From NCBI GenBank assembly GCA_965218585.1, contig CBDCLE010000002.1:1-64000 (forward strand): a DNA stretch of 64,000 bases, read 5' to 3'. The translations under genes and the position numbers were made by a program. Origin of the DNA: Terriglobia bacterium. Lineage in GTDB: Bacteria; Acidobacteriota; Terriglobia; 20CM-2-55-15. The notes beneath the pieces were generated by a model. That model made no database searches and had not been told where the DNA came from. It saw only the letters and a program-made list of their open reading frames with translations. This document shows, one piece after another, positions 60,255-64,000 of this stretch; position 1 is the first letter of the stretch, and each line of letters opens with the position of its first letter.

Positions 60255-62902
60255 TCAACCATTGGCATCCTCGGAGCCCAAATCCACAGAAAGATCGGCC
60301 TGGTGGATTCGGCAGAGCGTTCGAAGATGACAATACTCACAGTTGGTGCGGCAGTCTTTCGGATTGACCGCGGCCCGACCTTCCCGGAAATCCGCACCCA
60401 ACCGATCGAGGACCCTCTGCCAGTCGTCGATCCGGTCTTCCAGAGACATATCTCGAAGCGGGTTCACGCCTGGAGCGACACCTTCGGAATCGGTTAATCC
60501 TGTAAAGGCCACCTTGCCGGTCTTGAGCCGCCCGAACAAAACACCCGCAACAGGGGAATCGGCTGTGGCGGCATAGATCGGAAGCTGTGGCTGGTCCGGA
60601 CGATCTCCTTCCCAGTCGGAAGGGCTGCATTCTCCTGTCTTGTAGTCGAGGATGACCAGTCCCCCATCTGGGAGGCGATCCACGCGATCCATCCGAATCC
60701 GTACCTCGATGCCGCCGACCGTCACCCGCCGGTCGTTCTCCTGTTCGACAACCGTAAAGGATTTCCTTTCCTTCTCAAGACTCAGCCACTCGGTCACGAC
60801 GCGTTCCAACCGCTCCTGCTCGATTTCGGCGAAGAACCTCCTGCGAAGGGCACGTCGCTGTTCGCCTAATTCGCGGATCCCGGCCGAGACCGTCATTCGA
60901 ACCAGGGCCGCAAGCCTCTCGTCGGTCGTGGAGACAAGCGCCTCATGGGATCCCAATGAATCCCAGACCCGCTCGAGAACACGGTGGACGAGCTGGCCGC
61001 GATCCATCGCACTCAACCCGGCTTCAGCCTCCCCGGGCGCCTTCGCGGCGAGGCGCAATTGGGCAAATGCTTTGAACGGACACTCCGATTGAAGTTTGAA
61101 AAGAGACGTCCCTCCCCGGAGCGCGCCATTGATGTATGGAGGTCCTCGGTGATCCTCGAGAGTTTCCATCCGCGAGGACTCGGCAAGTCTTTGGGCGTAC
61201 CCTGCCGAGGTCACAAGGCCGAGTTCCCCACATTGCCCTTCAGGAAGCGATCGAAACAGTGGGCTGACCCTCAAATCCGAATCGGCCTCCCTTTGGGGGT
61301 GACTGACGATTACCCTCGGCGCACTGGCCAGGAGTCGCCGGGTCATCGAGTTTGCGAACTCCAGTTCTCTCTCAGGTGAGGATCGCGGCAGGTTCAGCCG
61401 ACGCTGGAGGCGAAACGGGAGGAACGGGTCCGGACCCGCCGGAGGCGGCCAGACTCCATCATCCATCCCCATGATCCAGACCTGTCGAAAACCAGACCTG
61501 CGGTCTCAAAGATCCCGAGGATCTGGACCGGGGCCGGATCGGACTCAGGCTGAAACTGCCTGGACGAGGCCAGGCGACGCAACGTGCCGACGGCGGCGTT
61601 CAGACGAACCGGACCGGAAACCCCGTCAAGCCCGGCACTCTCCGACAGCAATTCGTTCCAGACTTCCAACGTCTGGTATTCGGCACTGGTCGGGCTTCCA
61701 TCGCCCGGCCATCCGATGGCCTTGAGGAGACCGGAGAACGAAGCGGCCCAGTCGCTCGGCGACTGGATGGGTTCCAATATCTGACACGCCTCACTCCATG
61801 CCCTGAGCTGGGTCGCCAGTTTCGGACAACGATGTCCTCCACCGTTCTTTTCGGCCAGAGACAAAACAGCACCCAGGGCCAGTTCGGGCTCTCTCAACGA
61901 CCGCAGCGTGCCGTCCAGAAGCCCTCTCTCGGTCAGCTCCTCGCGCGCACCAGCAATGAACGGAGATCGGACGAGCCGCGACAAAGCTCCGATGGGCATG
62001 TCTTGAGGATCGGTCTCGAGAATAGACAGAGCGGTATCGATAATCGGGTAGGTGCTCGCCTTTGGTCCCAGTGAAATATTGAACAGACGCCGGGGATCGA
62101 GGTCGGGACGGAGCCGCCCCCGGGGATGGAACTCTTCGGAAAAGACGCGTTCCACCTGGCTGCGGCGCCGGTCAAGATCGGCGACAACAATGCCGATTCG
62201 GAATTCCGGCGTCGCAGCTTCAGGATCGGTCTCAAGAATCTGACGGGCCCAACCCGCAGCCGAACGGATCTCACGTTCGGGATCGATCAGACCGATACGC
62301 ACGGCTTCACCGGGCGAGTCAGGAACCGGACACTCCTGGACGCGTATCCCCGATACCCGTAGAGCATCGAACAGCCTCTTCTGTGCAGGCGTCGATTCCA
62401 GAAACCCTGCGATCTCGATGTCACAGGAAACGCGAATCCCGCCGTCGGAGATACGATCAGCAATGAACCCGGCCAACTCTGCGCTGGATAGCCAGCCGTT
62501 CCTACTCAGACGACGACGAAACTCCGTCGCCCATCGATAGAAGACTTCCGAATCGGTGGAGTCATTCCATTCGGGCGCGTCTAACGGCAGACGCCATTGA
62601 CAGAGAAGATTCCAGGAATCCAGCGCGGCTTCAGCAGTGGCAGGAACTTCCAGCAAAACATTGTCAGCCTCAGACCGCACGATGTCTTCCCAGATCGCCC
62701 GTTCCTCTAAGCGACGCAACAGCCGCAACTCACCATCGGCACCGCCCGAGTACAGCCATTCTTCCCATAACTCTGTTAGCCAGGCATTGAACGGAAGGAT
62801 GTGGGGCGTCGGTCAGGTGGAAAACCCGGCCGCAATCTGTTCGCGGTCATGGGCCTCGAGAAGTTCACGGGCAAGACGGGTGGTGGCGGTGATCAGAGTC
62901 AT
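60255..62902 (-). pseudogene. AddB-like DNA repair protein with PD-(D/E)XK nuclease; nonsense at codon 30 and frameshift near 61480
   Basis: MTLITATTRLAR..ST*PTPHILPFNAWL (TGA 62813-62815 where W is expected); QSECPF, RMDRVD, LDYKTG, QLPIY, CEYCHLRTLCR. Confidence 0.82.
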
Positions 62903-62952
62903 AGGGGAGTTCAAAGTGTGACGCGGAGGGTCACCAAGAGAGGTCCCCGAGA

Positions 62953-62970
62953 CTGTAGAAGCGGTCTATG
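62953..62970. repeat. Truncated REP half
   Basis: ctgtagaagcggtctatg matches the left arm of the REP family. Confidence 0.4.
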
Positions 62971-62994
62971 TTTGAAAACCTTGTCAGAGAATTC

Positions 62995-63149
62995 GGTAGT
63001 GTCTCAGTTTGAAATTGCCTTCTTGTAAGTTGAAGGGCGATTGGGCTTCTGCTGACGCCCGTCGATAAGGCCGATGATCCAGTCAATGTCGTGCAGCTTG
63101 TCGCTCACGCCAGCCGCCATAGCTGGGGATACTAAACTGAGACACTACC
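62995..63149 (-). mobile_element. 155-bp internally deleted IS (MITE-like), IS1-family-like
   Basis: Perfect 16-bp TIR GGTAGTGTCTCAGTTT; 8-bp direct repeat GAGAATTC (62987, 63150); interior encodes SPAMAAGVSDKLHDIDWII..YKKAISN*, a transposase C-terminus. Confidence 0.85.
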
Positions 63150-63203
63150 GAGAATTCATTGGGGTGGCTAAAGGCAATCTTTATTCCGAACACCTCTCCC
63201 TGA

Positions 63204-63238
63204 TAACGCTTGACGTTAATAACGCATAACGTTATCAT
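63204..63238 (+). promoter_or_regulatory. higBA promoter with two tandem palindromic operators
   Basis: TTGACG-N17-TATCAT; TAACG-N5-CGTTA at 63204-63218 and 63220-63234; GTG start 6 nt after the -10. Confidence 0.8.
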
Positions 63239-63244
63239 CCTCGT

Positions 63245-63526
63245 GTGATTCGGAGCTTTGCGGATAAAGAGACCGAAAGACTGTTTGTCCGTGAGCGCAA
63301 TAAAGCACTTCCCAAGAAACTTCACCGAATCGCATTAAGGAAACTGCTTCAGATCGACGCTGCCGAGTCTTTAGGTGACTTACACACACCGCCAGGGAAT
63401 CACCTGGAGCGGCTTCGCGGAAAACGAAAAGGACAACACAGCATCAGAATCAACGATCAGTGGCGCATCTGTTTCATTTGGAGAGGCCCTGACGCTGAAG
63501 CGGTCGAAATCGTCGACTATCACTGA
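63245..63526 (+). CDS. higB: HigB toxin (RelE/ParE superfamily)
   Basis: IRSFADKETE, PPGNHLERL, HSIRINDQWRICF, EIVDYH. Confidence 0.93.
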   Translation: MIRSFADKETERLFVRERNKALPKKLHRIALRKLLQIDAAESLGDLHTPPGNHLERLRGKRKGQHSIRINDQWRICFIWRGPDAEAVEIVDYH

Positions 63527-63528
63527 GG

Positions 63529-63840
63529 ATGAACATGGGTAAGAAAGTCTTAGAACCGATTCACCCTGGGGAAATCCTTCTTGAGGATTTTCTGCGACCA
63601 CTCGGACTGAGTCAGTATCGGGTAGCAAAAGGTATTAGCGTACCTCCCCGCCGTATCAATGAGATCGTGCATGGAAAGCGTTCGATCAGTGCCGACACCG
63701 CACTTCGATTGAGTCGTTTCTTCGGAACATCGGAACGGTTCTGGCTGAACCTCCAGACTCGATATGACCTGGAAGCTGAAAAGGACCGACTCGGTGAAAC
63801 CTTGGAACAGGAAGTTGAGGTTCTTTCGAACGCAGGTTGA
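63529..63840 (+). CDS. higA: HigA antitoxin (HTH)
   Basis: PIHPGEIL, RRINEIVHGKRSISADTALRL, FWLNLQ. Confidence 0.93.
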   Translation: MNMGKKVLEPIHPGEILLEDFLRPLGLSQYRVAKGISVPPRRINEIVHGKRSISADTALRLSRFFGTSERFWLNLQTRYDLEAEKDRLGETLEQEVEVLSNAG

Positions 63841-64000
63841 GACGTCAAATCGCCCCATCTTTTCCGGTTGTCTTCAGCATTTTGTCGAACGTATCCTTAC
63901 AGGCCATCGAACCTTAGAAGAGCCGGGTGCGAGCGCGGTTCGAATTAGCGCCGCCCTCTGGAGGAACTATGAATTCGAAGCGGTTTCTGACAACGGCCTT

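Larger units (their letters stand above)
55662..60263 (-). pseudogene. AddA/RecB-like UvrD helicase + PD-(D/E)XK nuclease, split by IS30
   Basis: 5' part APAGSGKT, AITFTRKAA; 3' part IDEFQDTS, VGDPMQSIYGFR, NFRS, TVHKSKGLEFD, LYVAVTRA, IVDYKT. Removing the IS restores the frame. Confidence 0.88.

Noticed and set aside
1670-61490. Single-base frameshifts (about 1681, 13683, 23634, 42141, 53627, 61480) as programmed frameshifting or phase variation
   Set aside because: Each is +/-1 in a short G/C/T run in unrelated genes, which fits long-read homopolymer error or random decay. Cannot be resolved without reads; only the G8 tract is long enough to be a plausible switch.
27774-62815. Two in-frame TGA codons as stop-codon reassignment or selenocysteine
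   Set aside because: TGA ends intact genes here (cytochrome paralog B, ilvE, higB, higA), and neither position is a Cys-like site.
1-64000. CRISPR array, tRNA or rRNA
   Set aside because: No regularly spaced repeats or recognisable tRNA/rRNA signatures; the repeats seen are REP-type, IS copies or paralogous genes.

Overview
GC-rich bacterial window; the gene repertoire suggests Acidobacteriota (inference). 1-27.5 kb is a divergent, almost entirely exported-protein locus. The minus arm has three paralogous ~1150-1190 aa di-haem planctomycete-type cytochrome c (PSCyt1/DUF1549/LamG/DUF1553) genes, three Tat-exported DUF1501 genes, a tannase, a Tat-signal epoxide-hydrolase-like protein and two PQQ dehydrogenases, one of them truncated against what looks like a group II intron 5' remnant. 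The plus arm has two paralogous uncharacterised secreted domains (one fused to a degenerate metallo-beta-lactamase fold), DUF6152 and a TonB-dependent receptor. 27.5-46 kb is IS-rich: three IS1380 copies and one IS1182, all at CTAG. It also carries an ECF sigma/anti-sigma pair, a SAM-I riboswitch-controlled transsulfuration gene, truncated DinB and CHAT genes, qor and a cysteine synthase. 46-64 kb carries cystathionine beta-synthase, a WYL regulator, a cupin, YhaN/YhaO (Rad50/Mre11-like), gpmA, ilvE, an AddAB-like pair broken by IS30 and a nonsense codon, a 155-bp mini-IS and higBA. Several homopolymer frameshifts may be sequencing errors. The IS insertions, nonsense codons and short tandem duplications point to real gene decay. 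No CRISPR, rRNA or tRNA was seen. All family assignments come from motif recognition, not database searches.
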